The notes under the pieces: generated by a model
Seen by the model: the letters and a program-made list of their open reading frames with translations, nothing else
Database searches by the model: none
What the model was told of the DNA's origin: nothing
Source of the DNA: Dipteris shenzhenensis
Lineage: Eukaryota
Strand: one strand, 5' to 3'
Assembly: GCA_047967505.1 (NCBI GenBank)
Contig: CM106538.1
DNA: 64,000 nucleotides
Part shown: piece by piece, positions 10,394 to 23,658 of the stretch
Layout of the letters: every line of letters starts with the position of its first letter
Position numbering within the stretch: position 1 is the first letter of the stretch
Program-made: the position numbers and the translations under genes

Positions 10394-13300
10394 GAAAACA
10401 GATTTTAAGAACTCCTTTGCCATCTGCTCGGAAGTAATCTTCTTCCTTATTGGAATGAAATGAGCTGAATCTGCAAATTATGGTTCATATGCCATTATGA
10501 CCAGAAAGAGTGCGAGGGAGATCAAAAACAAAATCCATGGCGATACTTTGCCATGGTCTATCTGGGATAGGCAAAGGCTGAAGTAAACCGGGCTGTTTCT
10601 GCGTGTCATACTTCACCTTTTGACAAGTGATGCATGTTCTGACATAAGCTTCAACATCCTTCCGAAGTGAAGGCCAATAAAAGTAGTGCTCTACTGCTTT
10701 GACTATAGCCTCAATACCCCTATGCCCTGCATACGGTGGGGCATGACTTTCAATGAGCGCCTTATGCCTCAATGGCTGCGTTACACACAGCTTTCCATGC
10801 ATCATCATAAAACCCTCCTTAAGTGTGTAATGATCATGCCTATTGCCCTCCATAAGCTGATCATAAATACGTGCAAAGGCATATCTGTAGCATACTGCTC
10901 CTTCATGGCATCTAGCTCATTGTGATAAGCAATGGTAAGTGCAGATACCTGTGGTTTCTTGGACATAGCTTCCATACGTGGCCTTCTTGAAAGTACATCA
11001 ACCACTACATTTTTCTTTCCAGCCACATGTACAATCTGAAAATGAAAAATGGAAAGGAAGTTTGCCCATCTCATGTGCTTTTCTGATAACTTTCTCTGAG
11101 TGAGAAAGTATTGCAGCGATTGATGATCAGTTTGCACATTGAAATCAGCACCTAAAAGATAGTGCTTCCACACAGTAAGAGCATGAATTACAGCTACCAA
11201 CTCTTGCTCATATACATTCATGTTGTGTTCAGCATCTTGGAGCAGCCTGCTCTCATATGCAACCACTCTGCCTTCCTGCATGAGTACTCCTCCAACACTA
11301 TTGCCGCTTGCATCACATTGAAGAACAAAAGGCTTTCGCAAGTCTGGCAAAATGATGATAGGATTTGAGCATAGCTTTTCTTTCAGCTCATTAAATGCTG
11401 CAATTTCTTTCTTCCCCCAACAGAAAGGCACTGCCTTCTTCTCCAAAGCATGTAAGGGTGAAGCTATCTCAGCAAAATAGCGAATGAAGCGTGTGTAGTA
11501 TGAATACAAGCCAAGAAAACTACGAACTTCATGTAGGTTCTTCAATGGAGGCCAATTCTTGATTGCCTCTATCTTGGCAGGGTCCATTCTCACTCCATCT
11601 CGTGAGATGATGTGTCCCAAGAAATGTATCTCTGGCATGAAGAACTCACTCTTCTTGGTATTGACCAGTAAACTGTGTTTCTTGAGCTTTGCAAATACAA
11701 CTGCCAAGTGTTGCCGATGCTTCTCTTTATCTTTCGAGTGCACAATAATGTCATCAAAGAATGTACCCACAAACTTCCTGTGCTCTTTGAAAATGCGATC
11801 CATCATACAATTGAAGGTAGCAGGAGCATTGGTCAAACCAAATGGCATAACAAGAAACTCATAAAGCCCAAAAGTGGTCCTGAAGGCAGTCTTATGTACA
11901 TCTTCGGGCCTGATTCGTATCTAATGCTAACCACTCTTCAAGTCAATGCGACTGAAGATGGCTGATCCCTCTAATGGATCCAAGATATCATCAATGCGTG
12001 GAATAGGAAATCGATTCTTGATAGAGATCTTATTCAAAGCCCTGTAGTCAATACACATTCTCCAAGATCCATCCTTCTTCTGCACAAGTAGGACGGGAGA
12101 ACAATATGGAGAAGAGCTTGGCTGAATCAGCCCCTTCTGTAACAATTCATTCACCTGACACATGATCTCCTCCTGCTGTGCCGCACTCACCTTGTATGGT
12201 GGTCGGTTAGGTGGATAACTTTCAAGAATGATATCAATAGTATGATCTTCTGGCCTCTCAGGAGGTAACTCCTTTGGAAGTTCATTTGAAAAACAATCTT
12301 GAAACTGAAATAAAAACTCAGCGTGCTGTTTTTCCAGCTTGGAAAAATCAGAGTTATCCTCATCAGGTTCTTTTTCTTTGACAAAAATCAAATATGCAGA
12401 AAGATGCTTTTTCATTATAGAGGAAATCGCCGGAGCGGATACAATTGGGACTGATTCTCCCTTCGAATTTACATCAATGACTTGGGTTTTACCCCTATAA
12501 GTCAAAGTAAGCTTCTTGTCATGTGTATCTATGATAGTATGCACATGGTACATCCAAGGCATCCCCAGCAAAACATCACACTTAGGTAAAGGCATCACAT
12601 AGAAATCCTTATCCTTGAATGTGAATCCGTAACTCCCTATGATAGGGGTGATAGGGGTAGTAAGCTTCGGATTAGCCCTATTGGCCTCACAAAGAGGACC
12701 AATCTCCTCTAGTCGAAGACCCAACTGAGCTGCAAGTTCAGGAGTAATGAAATTTGCTTTGGCTCCTGAATCAAAGAAGTAGAGACAATGCTGATCCCGT
12801 AGCTTGCCCCATGCTCTGCACATGTCTGTCTTCTCTCATCATGCTCACCCCCAATAATGTCAAGTATATGGCCAGCACTTGGCTTGGGCTTCTTGCCTCT
12901 AAGGTCCTCTCTATTGCCTTGATTAGTGTCAGCCCGAGTTGCTGCAGGTTCTTTCCTCTTCTTGTTAGGACAATCTGCTGCCCTATGACCCGTCTCTTTG
13001 CAGAGAAAACACCTCCCTTCAGTAAACAACTTGTTCCTCTCCTCAGGAGTGAGAGAAGAGGGCTGCTGTTTTCTCCTTTGTCCTGCCACAAACTTTGATT
13101 TCAGAGGGACTTTTCCAGCTTGCTGTGGTTTCTTTCGCTCCTCCTTGAAGTTGCTCTTGAAACCTGAGACTCTACCTTGCATGAGTAAGTTGTGTTGGCA
13201 TTCTCTATCAACTGTGACATGCTGGAAATGTCTTAGTGCAATAGTCCCTCAACTCTTTGGGAAGACCACAACAATACTTTTCAGCTTGCTCTGAAATAGG

Positions 13301-14552
13301 GACTGTTCTGTAAGAGCTCACAGGTAGAAGCGTATCCCAAAACGTAATCCTAAAGATTCCTGCATTCCCTAGCATTCAAATTATGCCACTGAGTCATGAC
13401 ATCCACTTCAAAAGTAGTGGTGAGCCATGCGGCTGAGAATGCCTTTTGAATTCAACCCATATAGCAGGTGTTTGGCCCTGAAGGAGAAGGTTAGACCACC
13501 ATTGCATGGCATTTACCTTGAGGAATGTGGCTGCCTTCTTGATTTTCGAAGACTCTCTGAAGTACCCTCCAGCAAAAGTCAAATCAAATTGCTGCAAGAA
13601 AGTAAGAGCCTTCATTCTATCTGCATGACCATTAAAGGTCTCAAAGATCATTGCTGCCCCCCTTCCTTGTAATCCTTCATCTTGAGCCTAGGCTCCAGCT
13701 GATTATAGCCAGGGGGCTGCAAATAAAGGGCTGCTGTCCTTGGGGTCCCTCAGGAGCTTGAAGAACACCCCCCACAGCTGGGTTTGCAGGCACATGTGGT
13801 ACTGACTGAGTGTGTGACATCATAGGGCTGCCTCCTTGCAATCCAGGCTGTATCCCCACATTAGCATATAAAGAATTTGGGGCTCGCTGTGAGGTCATGG
13901 CCTGAAAAGTGGATCCTCCTCCAAGGTGTGTAGGCTGAACCACATATTGTGGTTGGGCTTCCCGCCCTTGCTGCACATTCTGAGCATTGCTACCATGCTC
14001 ATTCCCATTTGGTCCCTGCCTTTGTGGCACTGCAAGTGCCTGTACCAATGGTGTAGGTAGCTCTGATAGTGGCTGTACCATTGGTGTCGGTGGGTTTGGT
14101 AGTGGCTATCCTCACATGCATCTGTGGACCTTGAATGGGTTGTGCCTCTGCCCTTGTCATCAAAGCTAGATTATGCACAATCTCAGCAAAGCTCTGAGTG
14201 AGCTGAGTCAAAACTTGCAACACAGAAGCCATCTATGTTTGCATTATTGCCATAGCATTTGCCTGCACGCTTGGGTCAACACCCAATGCAACTGTATCCA
14301 TAGTATTTTGCATTTGTGGAGCTGGCTGCCCCAATGCATTAACTTGAACATTCTACCCTTCATGGGCTGCATTTTGCACTCTTATTCCAGGGTGTGCTCC
14401 CCTTATCTATGGGTCTGGGTCAAACTATGAGTCTGCGTCATAACCAAGTCTGATATTATCCATATCCAAAAGCAATGGATAGCTGTACCAAAATCAGCAA
14501 AGGCTTTCTCTATCCAAGCTGCCCAGGGACTCCTCTGGATGATTTGATGAGG

Positions 14553-14570
14553 GTCCCGGCAATGGAACCA
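14553..14570 (-). promoter_or_regulatory. Primer-binding site of Gypsy A, complementary to the tRNA-Glu 3' end
   Basis: Minus strand TGGTTCCATTGCCGGGAC, 1 nt from the LTR. Plant tRNA-Glu ends ...GUCCCGGCAACGGAACCA (recalled, not searched). Confidence 0.8.
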
Positions 14571-15529
14571 CTGTAACCGGCCTTAGAACACTAAGGGTAG
14601 TGTATCTGTCTCTACTATCTCACAAAGAAGAAAATACAGCCAACTTAATTGATTGCCTTTGTTCACAAACCAAACTCAAACCATAGAACTTCATTGCACA
14701 GCATCTTGGAACCATTCAAGACAAGGGAGGCTAGAATGCCCCTACTCGGAAACATAGAGAGTGACACCTGTTGGCCCCAACACTTGACGCCCTTTGCAGT
14801 ATTTATTTAAACTGGTTAGCTCAAAGATACTAAGGTACTCCCTTCCAGAGCTCACCCACAGGTGCAACCCAGTACAACGCCAACCCGTGGCTGTGCTAGT
14901 GACCAACTCCCAGTGCTATTACCTTGGTTCCTTTTAGCAGACATGCATAATCACAAGTAGACCAATCTGACGGCATGCCAAGCAATGCATTCCCCATTTC
15001 CAAGCCATTACCGAGCCCAAGGCCAACCATTGCACCCCCAGGAAGAGAGTATCACAACCAGTGCCCCAATCCTCTTCTGGGCCAACAAGGCATCCAACTT
15101 AGTAGGAACTCAGTAGGAATGGCTGTAGCAAAGAGTGTAGAAGGAAGATGAGAATTCAGCCAACAGAAAGAGCCTATTTCAGCCCGAAACAGCTTTAGAA
15201 GTAGGATGAGAAGCGGACAGCAAACTCTGGTAGGAGAGATCTACCTAGGAGTGTCTTCCAACACCAGAAAGGATCAAAGAGAAGTGTGTCCAGCAAGCTG
15301 TAGCAGATCAGCCAAGAATGCGTCCACCAGAACAGAGTTTACAGCCCACAAACAGCTCTATTTTCAGTGTGCCTTGCACCAGGCAGGAGCAGGAAGAGAG
15401 GCACCCATGAATATGACTTCAGATGCAAAAAAGAAGAACTTCTATCCCGAAGAAAGTCGAAAACAGCCTCAAAAGTGGCCCAGAGGTCCCAGAAGCATGC
15501 CAGCAACAAAGGGCACTGAAACCGGCCTC

Positions 15530-16093
15530 GCTGGTCAAAGTCCTCTTCTGAGGAGGCAGAGGTAACCAAGATTCAAAGGCATCAAACATGTCAACATCTG
15601 GCTTAGCTTTGCAGTCCACGAGGAGAAGCTGAATGTTCAGCAAAGATTACATCTCTACTGACAATAATCTTCCCAGTATTTGGTTGGTATAACCGATACC
15701 CTCTGCTCTCCTGGCTGTAACCAATAAATATGCATTTGATTGCCTTGTCATCAAGCTTATGTCTCAGCTGAGATGGTACATGAACATATGCAAGAGACCC
15801 AAAAACTCTCATGTGTGAAAGTGAAGGCTCCTTGCCTTTCCATGCTTCATAAGGTGTAACAGTCTGCAATGCCCATGTAGGTGATCTATTCAGCACATAG
15901 TTGGCACACATCACTGCATCAAGCCAAAATTTATTGGGCAAAGACTTGGCCTTAAGCATGCATCTGGCCATCTCCATTGTGGACTTGTTTTCTCTTTCAG
16001 AAACAGGATTCTACTGAGGAGTGTAAGGAGTAGTACATGAGTGAATAATAATGCCTCGTGAAGACAGAAATGCATCAAACTCCTTTGACATAT
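15530..16093 (-). pseudogene. Ty1/Copia integrase fragment
   Basis: MSKEFDAF...MEMARCMLKAKSLPNKFW...YVLNRSPT...RVFGSLAYVHVP...KLDDKAIKCIFIGYS...GYRLY...SRDVIF; closely parallels the Copia F integrase. Confidence 0.9.
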
Positions 16094-18614
16094 GCTACGT
16101 ATGAAACGCGTTTCATAAAGCCCCAATTTTCGGGTAGGGTTCAAAAGAGGGCAAAATCGTGATTTCACGCATTTCGCCGTACCCGTGCACTCCGTACTCC
16201 CGTAGCTCTGTCCGTGCAGCCCGTACGCTCCCTCTTGCTCATTCTCGAGGTTTGTGCCCCCAATCATCCCCAATGTGCATTCAATCGTCCTTTCTACAGT
16301 CTACCCTTCTTGAATTTGGCGCTGCATCCTTTCATGCAGGCTGAAATCTGCTGGCAGAAGTATGGTTGCACCTTGCTATATGATGGCTGGTCAGATGTGA
16401 GGAAAAGAAATGTCTACAACATTCTAGTTTCCTCTTGCAAAGGAACTATGTTCCTTCGCGCTATAGATGCATGAGCTTTAGGGACAGTGGTGACAGGTGC
16501 ATATATATGGTCTCATTTGCGCACAGCTATTCTTGAGATTGGTGTAGCAAATGTGGTGCAGGTGATCACAGATAATGGCTTCAATTGTGTGTCCATGGGA
16601 AGGATGCTTGAGGATGAGTTTCCCACTATTGTTTGGACACCATGTGCTTCTCATAGTTTGGATCTTGCCATTGAGGACATGGCAAAGTTGCCTTGGGTTT
16701 CTCATATATTTTCTAAAGCTTTGAGCTTGGTAAATTTTGTAACCAAAAGACCCAAGGTCTTGAGCATGTTCAGGGAAAATAGTGACCTCGACCTTTTAAA
16801 GCCCTCAAAGACACGGTTTGCTTATATGTTCATAATGTTAGAGAGGGTTGTTCAAGTGCGGCATGGCTTGCTGCGTACAGTTGTTTCCCGTGATTGGCAG
16901 CAATGGGGGGATAGGAATGAGCCCAAAGCAATTGGTTTCAGCCACATGGTCATGAGAGATGCATGGTGGGAGGAGGCTGCAGCTCTAGTGAAGACAATGA
17001 ACCCCATGTACAGCGTTCTCTGATTGATAGATATGGAGGGGAGCACCATTGGGCTTCTCTATGAGTTCATGGACAAAGTGGGGGAAGTCCTTGATGCGTG
17101 TACTCACCTATCTGCAGACAGGTATCCCGTACTCATGAGTCATCCTTTGAAGTTAGCATTTTTCCAATTAGAAAAGTGGCATGCTTAGAATTCCTTTTAA
17201 TCTATGTTTTCATTTTTTCTAAACATTATTGGTTTTGCCTTTGATTCATAATTTCTTATGAAGGATTGAAGACCTTAAGGAGATCTGGAACACGCGTTGG
17301 GATTGGTTTAATAGGCCAATCCATACTGTTGCTCATATCCTTCATCCTCTATGGAGGAATGAGCAGCAATATCTCGATAGAGAATTAGAGGATGGGTGGT
17401 CAGCTTATATGAGCAAGATCGTGGGAGATGATGATGATTTGCTTTTGAAGCTGGAGGATGAGCGTCTTCTTTTCCGCAACTGAAGTGGTGTTTTTGGATC
17501 ACGCAATGCACAGAGAGAGGAGACTCAGCTAGCAGCAGTTTCTTGGTGGGAAAAATATGGCATTGAGGCACCCCACTTGGTAATACTTAACCCTAGAGGC
17601 AATACTTTCTTATTACTTGAAAACATGTGGGTATAGCTCAGCAATTGGAAGCTGCCACTAAACTGTGAGAGAAACTGGAGTACATGGGCCTTACTCCATA
17701 CCAAGAAGAGGAACAAATTGTCCACTGTGCAATTGGAGAGGTTGGTCTTTTGCCACTGCAATCTACGATTGCTCGAGCAAACGAACTACCCCATTGAGCC
17801 TCGGCAGGTGAATCCCTATAAAATCGACATCACAAAGTGCAAGGAGATGCCGGTGATTCCACTTGAGGAGGGGGATATCTACGCCATGTTGTACAAGGAG
17901 ATCACGGCTTCATCTCACCACACCCGATCCTCCCAGGCAGCTGGTGCCAGTACTTCAATTGCACCTGCATCTCATGAGGATGCTTTTTATGAGTCTTCTG
18001 GGAGTTCCAGTAGCAGTGAGAAGGAGGCTGATGAGGACATGGATTTGGTTGAGGAGGAAGATGCTGACATTGATGATGAGGCTTGACTTTTGATTTGTGA
18101 CTTTGTCACTTGTGACTTATTATTGATAGACAATACTTTGAATTCCAGTTGTAGTTTGACCTTTTTACCTTCATGGTCCATCACCATGGAGGTCTTGGGA
18201 GGTTCATTGATGACTCTAGTTTTTATTATTATCAGTATTCAGTATGTGTGATCAGTATGATCAAGATTCAATTATCAATATGTACGATCATTCAGTATGT
18301 ATGTGTGAAGATGATCATTGAGTACTCTAATATGTATAATGTATGATCATTGATGACTAGCTTTTTGTATGATCAGGATTCAGTATGTATGGTGCTTATA
18401 CTTGATATGTATGTTTTTTGTATCATGTATGCACTATGGAGTCACTTGCAATCTTTATTTGCACATTTTTGTATATGGCATGATGCATACCCTGGTATGA
18501 ATGCACATATTTTCACATTCCGAATGAAACCCATTTCATTCATTTTTCGAAACACGTTTCAAATGTATGAAACCCGTTTGAAACCTCCCGTTTCACAAAC
18601 TCCTGGCAACTATG
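16089..18614 (+). mobile_element. hAT DNA transposon, internally deleted, left end damaged
   Basis: Right end ...GGCAACTATG (reverse complement CATAGTTGCC) with GAAAC/GTTTC subterminal repeats; left end carries TGAAACGCGTTTCA; transposase remnant inside; no TSD recoverable. Confidence 0.85.
16340..18086 (+). pseudogene. hAT transposase pseudogene (DUF659-type core plus C-terminal dimerisation domain) with a GT-AG intron at 17122-17263
   Basis: GCTLLYDGWSD, VVQVITDNG, WTPCASHSLDL, TRFAY, WWEKYG, CERNWS...KKRNKL...LVFCHCNLRL and an acidic tail; removing 17122-17263 restores the frame; in-frame stops at 16472 and 17021. Confidence 0.9.
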
Positions 18615-21600
18615 TATAATAGGGCATCACTAGAACAGATGGCCTACAATCAGGCCAAACGGAAGTCCAGGAATCCAAACGGGTGAGGAGTTATGAAGAA
18701 AAACGGAATTCAGCTGAAGGAGGCTGAAAAACCAGTCCAAAATCTCAGCAAAGGGAGAAGATGAGAGAGAAAACCACACATGTGAAGTTTAGAAGGCCCA
18801 CGAAGGTCCAAGAATGGCAAAGGAGCATGTAGAAGGCACTAGTCAAAGGCTTTCCAAAAGTCTACAAAACAAGTGTAGAATTTTTGGCCTCTCGACCTCG
18901 CACCCCTGTACTCAGCCTCTATGCTTGACAAGGCAACCGGGAGTTCCAGAATCATCCTTATCGGCCACCCGAAACTCTAGGGGGGCCACTGAAGGTACAT
19001 GGCTCTCTAGGGGGTCCATTAAAAATGACACGCCATCATTTCCCAACAACCACTCTTTTAATTCCCTAGAATGCCTTTGGGCCTAGGGATTAATTACGCT
19101 TATGTGCTAGGCTCCATGCCGCGTTTAATTACACATTATTAAGCCCATGCTTGGACTTTTAAAACCAAAGTTGTCACAGTCTTGTAGGACATTAAAGTAC
19201 TTAGAATTTCATGCCCCCGTGACATACCCCTCTCTTGAAACAGCAAACCACAATTTGCTGCCCCAAAACACAGGAGTGAGCATGAAATATACCATGAAAG
19301 AGCATACAAGAAAGCCGCAGCTATAGTATACAGAGACAGTGAAAATATGGCTAGGAGAGGCATGCATCCATCCATATACACTGCTCAAAATCTATGCGAT
19401 CCTCGGCGATCAATAGTCAAGATGCATCAATATCATGAAGTCTCACAGCAGAAATATTGTCAGCTCAATATCTCGGATGAAACACACAGTGTCATCAAGC
19501 GACCTCATGAAATCACGGTGAGCCCGTCTGTACTGAGGGAGTGGATTTGCTACCTCCCTCTCGAACACCAGGTAATGCTCCAGATGCTCGCTCTGCTGAA
19601 CTACCTATAGGAGCTTGGGCCGCAGTCGGCTCTAACTGGAAAGCATCAAGGTAAAGCTACAATATCCCATGTGAATCTGCGAGTTCACCTTCCTCCATCC
19701 ATTTCGCATCGAGTGATGGGTAATTTTGAAATTTTACCAAGTAGCGAGGGATAACTTTACCCTTGAGCTTTCTATCTCCGTGTGCCAGAATCTGCTCTGG
19801 GACCAGAAGTTCATCCTGTTCTTCCACTTCAGGCTGTACCTCATCAGGTAAATCCTCGGGAACATCTCCATGATATTGCTTTAACAAGCTCACATGAAAG
19901 GCATTATGTATGTAAGCTACCTTTCTAGGTTTCTGAAAAGATAAACGAGGACCATAGTAATGCATGTTCAGCTTTGTGTACAACCTTTCCTTGCCTTTCT
20001 TATTTTTCAGCCTTGCCTTCTAAAAACGTAGCAAAACCCAATCACCTTCTGTGAATACCAATTCCCTGCGGTGCTTATTTGTTGCTCTTTTCTGCTTGTC
20101 TTGACTTCTTTGCAAGGCATATTTGATCTTCTTGTAAGCCTCTTCAAGGCTTTCCACAAAACGATCAGCTTCGAAGATTTTCTCTTTTGTATGCAAAATG
20201 GGAGGTATCTTCTTGGATTTATTTCAATTTGATGATCCTCGGGTCTCTTGGGAGGTAATTCTTGAGGAAGTGCATCTGAGAAACAATCCTGAAAATCTGA
20301 AATAAAAGCCAGCCCTTTCTCTATCTAAAGCGGAAAGAGTAGAACCTTCTTGAACTGGTTGGCTGTCCTGTTTGACAAAAATCAAGTACGCTGAAATATG
20401 ATGCTTTATTACATTGGAAATATAAGAAGCTGAAACTACAGGGATGGACTCCCCTTTCAACTTTACATTAAGTACATGATTTTTGCCTGGAGTTAAAGAA
20501 ATCTTCTTGTTTCTCATCTGCACATCAGCCCCCACCTTGTACATCGAAGGCATCCCATGCAAAGCATCACACTCTGGCAAAGGCATAATGTAGAAGTCCT
20601 CTGCATCTTGATATCCGTGGTGAAAGGCACCAAGGGGAGGTGAACTGTCGCGAAGGAAGCATGAAATTCCAGTTCAGCAAGGAGAGGGAGAGCTGCAGAA
20701 ATCCGCCATGAAGAGAATGAGGCTGCCCTAGTAGGGGTGAAGTCTCAAAACAGAAAGGAGAGCCAAGGAAGGGATCCAGGGGCTTCCAGAGGTGACACAA
20801 GGCAAGCAGATAGGCCACCAGCGAACACCTAGGCAAAATGAGGCATGGGATTTTTAATGCCCCTAGGGGGTTAGATGGCACACCATGACCCTAATGCAAA
20901 GGAGCCAATGACCCTATTTTGAAGGATCTCTACATTGAACCAAACCAATGACCTTAGAAAATGAAACCACTCTAATAGCACCAGGAGTTACACTTGTTGC
21001 ACATAAAATCATAGGTACCTTTTGGGCATTAACTAAGGTCCCTAGCCTGGTACCCTAGGCCAAATTCAGTGACAGTTAGTTTAGACACTTCACCATCACC
21101 ACCACGTCCCTGTGACATCGACTCAGCGATACTAGCCTCTACGTTTGCCACATTGCTGGAATGGGCGATTCTCGAGGATAGGGGTACCCCTTAGGGTCTG
21201 CTTCTACAGGGACACTCCACTCTCTTTCCGCCATTGCTTCTACAGGGTGGGACCAGGTGACCAGCTACAGGCGGAGCTAGAGAGCGATGCCGAGAGTGCG
21301 GGTGATTTGTGGGGATTGGAGTGGTGGCGGATCAGAGTAGTACGCCGTCTAGGCAAGGCTTGGCACATTGACCTAGACACAATACTCTCGGGTTCGGAGG
21401 AAGAAGTGTGGCGTCGTTGGCTTTGGGAGGGCCAGCCTCTTCGCGATTTGCAGTGGGACCAAGGGAAGTGGTTTTGGCCCGTGTGGGTAGGAGAGTCGAA
21501 CAGAGTGGAGGAGGTGCCTTTCTTTTCTTACGCAATGCGCATCGGTTGACGGATTCAGATAGAGGCCGTAGCTTGGACCCCGTCGAGGGAGAGACACTAG

Positions 21601-23658
21601 GTAGAGTAGAACGTTCCCAAGGAGTTCATCTCAGGGCGGATTGCCCATCAGTCCTTGGCTAGAGCAGATGCGAGTCAACGACAAGTGTCTTTGTTGTGTA
21701 GAGGGCATGTTGGAGACGATCCTTCATTGCGTGTGGGGTTATGTAGTGATGTAGAGGATCTGGCTTGTGTCCTTTTGAAAAGTGGCCAGTACTTAGCGAT
21801 GTAGAGGGACTTCAGTTGGGGGATGGTAGCACGGCTCACAGAGGGCGAGCTTGCTTTTTTCATCGACCCAGTCGCCAGCTTATAGTATCCATGGCCAATA
21901 GGTCTCTCGGATAGAGGCCTATGATGCAGTACCGCCTTCTCGCTCACGCCTCGCTTTCTCACCAGAGGACAGTGTTTGGGAGACAGTGGCCAGCCCCCAC
22001 CTGGAACTCGGTGTAGGTAGGTGATGGGAGGACAGACGACTACTTCGACAGCCATCCTAGTGGCCATTTGGTAGGACATCATCTTCACGCTACACGCTAC
22101 TTGGGAGCGCGACACTTTAGAATCGAGAGAGATCTTCGAAAGGCAGGTTCGCTTCTCCAAGGCTTGGCTTGCATGAATTTTTTACACTTTCTCCACGGGT
22201 GATATCCGCTGGATGTATAGACCACCTCTATGGCTGTTAGCCCTTGTTCCTGAGGCAACCTAGGCAGTGAGCCGGCGACCTGGGAACAAGCTGTGTTTTC
22301 TAAACAGCCTTGCATTGTATTTATTGTCATTAGTCCCTTTATGGAGGCTAGAAGCATAGGGTTTTTTCAAGCATTAATAGAAGTTTCCTTTTCTCTGTTA
22401 AAAAAAAAATATTGGCAGGCTGCTGATGGAAGCTAAAGTGTTGGTAGCATGGTACTGATGTTATAAAATGGAATGGGAGCTTTTCCAAGCGTGGACTCCA
22501 TTCTTAGTCTTGCTTTGGCAATCCGTGGCAATGTGAAGTGCGGCCTAACTTGCCATGGTTCAGCATTGGCCAACTTGGATAGAGTGAGGGTCAATATATG
22601 TATAGTTAAACAACAGAGTGGTTGTTCCTCAGTCCATAAACAACAGACTCGCAGTATCTGGAAACATCATATTATTGTTCCTGCTCTGCCTATAGATAGT
22701 GTCACCAAATTGGTACTTCTCCCAAGACATAAAGAGGAATCTTTATTGCATTGATGATGGTCAAAAAATTTTGACTTTGGTTAACTAAGAATAAGTTTGG
22801 TTACTTTACTTTTGCTTTGCATTGGGGACGCCCACAAGGGACTAGGATTAGTTCGAGAACTAGGGATGCATGCATTTCGCTAACCTCTAGTGGGTTAAAG
22901 TGTTGGAACTTGTTTGTGCAATGACCTAAGAGAGTGCAAAAAGGACCTAAGAGTGGGGAGAAAAGCACAAAAAGTAGTTCCCACGAGGCGTAAAGGCATG
23001 GACAAGGGGGCACCTCTTTAAAAGGAGGGCCCACGAGATAAAAAAGGCACCAAAAGCACCATATCTAAAAAGAAAGCCTAAAAATCTTGGCTTCTATGTA
23101 AAAGTAGCTTTTAGAAAGCAGGCCCTAGCTTTTGGCTAGGCCTAGTTTATAAAAGAAAGGCTCTAGGCCTCCTAGATTCATTCAAGAGTTGCACTTAGCT
23201 TCATGCTCTTCTTAGAGCGAGTTGTACAAAGTATTTTCTATTCTAATAAAACCTTTGGGGAGTCTAGCCCCTATTTCTGGGCCCTAGTGCTATGTATTTT
23301 CGCTTTCCCTTCTCTCCCAACTCACCTTCTATGTTGTGAAATATTCCTAAAGCAAGAGCAGCGCTCCCTAAGCATTATATAGTTCAATCCAGTGTCACTG
23401 TGAAATATAAAGATATACCAAAGGGGCACCACGGTGTTTGGGGCCAATCGGGTGCACTTGTCTATGTTTGTTGAGCAGGGGCATTCTAGCCTCCATCCCT
23501 TTTTTAGTGGTTTTGTTTGTGAACAAATGGGTAAATGCCAAATGGTGATCATGCAATGGTTAATGGTTGTGATATATGCTTTGTGAACTGTAAATAAGTG
23601 CTGAAGTGATTAAAGGTTTAGTTCCACTGCCCTCTGAGTGATTAGAGGCCGGTTTCAT

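Larger units (their letters stand above)
7157..14232 (-). pseudogene. Gypsy A gag-pol, frameshifted and interrupted at 8178-10393
   Basis: Gag (FLQQFD...AMQWW), CCHC knuckle CFLCKETGHRAADC, protease FFDSGA, RT (MPFGLTNAPATF, FFDDII), RNase H (CDASG, TDHQSL), integrase (HAPPYAGHRG, SIAMDF, SIVSDRD, GPF) and a C-terminal chromodomain. Confidence 0.95.
15517..20625 (-). mobile_element. Heavily deleted Gypsy D, same family as C
   Basis: Begins TGAAACCGGCCTC, the reverse complement of the C LTR end; LTR remnant ~18650-19224, PPT, 3' UTR, chromodomain/integrase piece (19620-20210) and protease-RT linker (20212-20608) all match C; TSD GGCAC. Confidence 0.85.
1193..21117 (-). mobile_element. Ty3/Gypsy chromovirus A, full-length but decayed, with several nested insertions
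   Basis: TG...CA termini; 5-bp TSD TCGAC at 1188-1192 and 21118-21122; two ~1.4-kb LTRs; PBS at 14553-14570; PPT AAGAGGGGGGTA next to 6919; gag-PR-RT-RH-IN-chromodomain order on the minus strand. Confidence 0.95.
14572..21117 (-). repeat. 5' LTR of Gypsy A (14572-15516 plus 20631-21117), interrupted by element D
   Basis: Matches the left LTR on both sides of the insertion; GGCAC duplicated at 15512-15516 and 20626-20630. Confidence 0.92.
396..22410 (+). mobile_element. 5'-truncated L1-clade LINE (~2.1 kb of own sequence: 396-1192 and 21123-22410), split by Gypsy A
   Basis: 13-bp TSD ATTGGCAGGCTGC at 383-395 and 22411-22423; poly(A) at 22400-22409. Degenerate ORF2 motifs RYLGCQVG, KLSLAGRALVVNQVL and NFLYTG...RVAWQALIQP, plus a zinc-knuckle-like KCLCCVEGMLETILHC near 21680-21730. 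Confidence 0.9.

Noticed and set aside
17575-17665. Unrelated ~85-bp segment within the hAT dimerisation domain as a second intron
   Set aside because: It starts with GT but has no suitable AG, and the expected conserved residues are missing, so it is more likely filler at a deletion.
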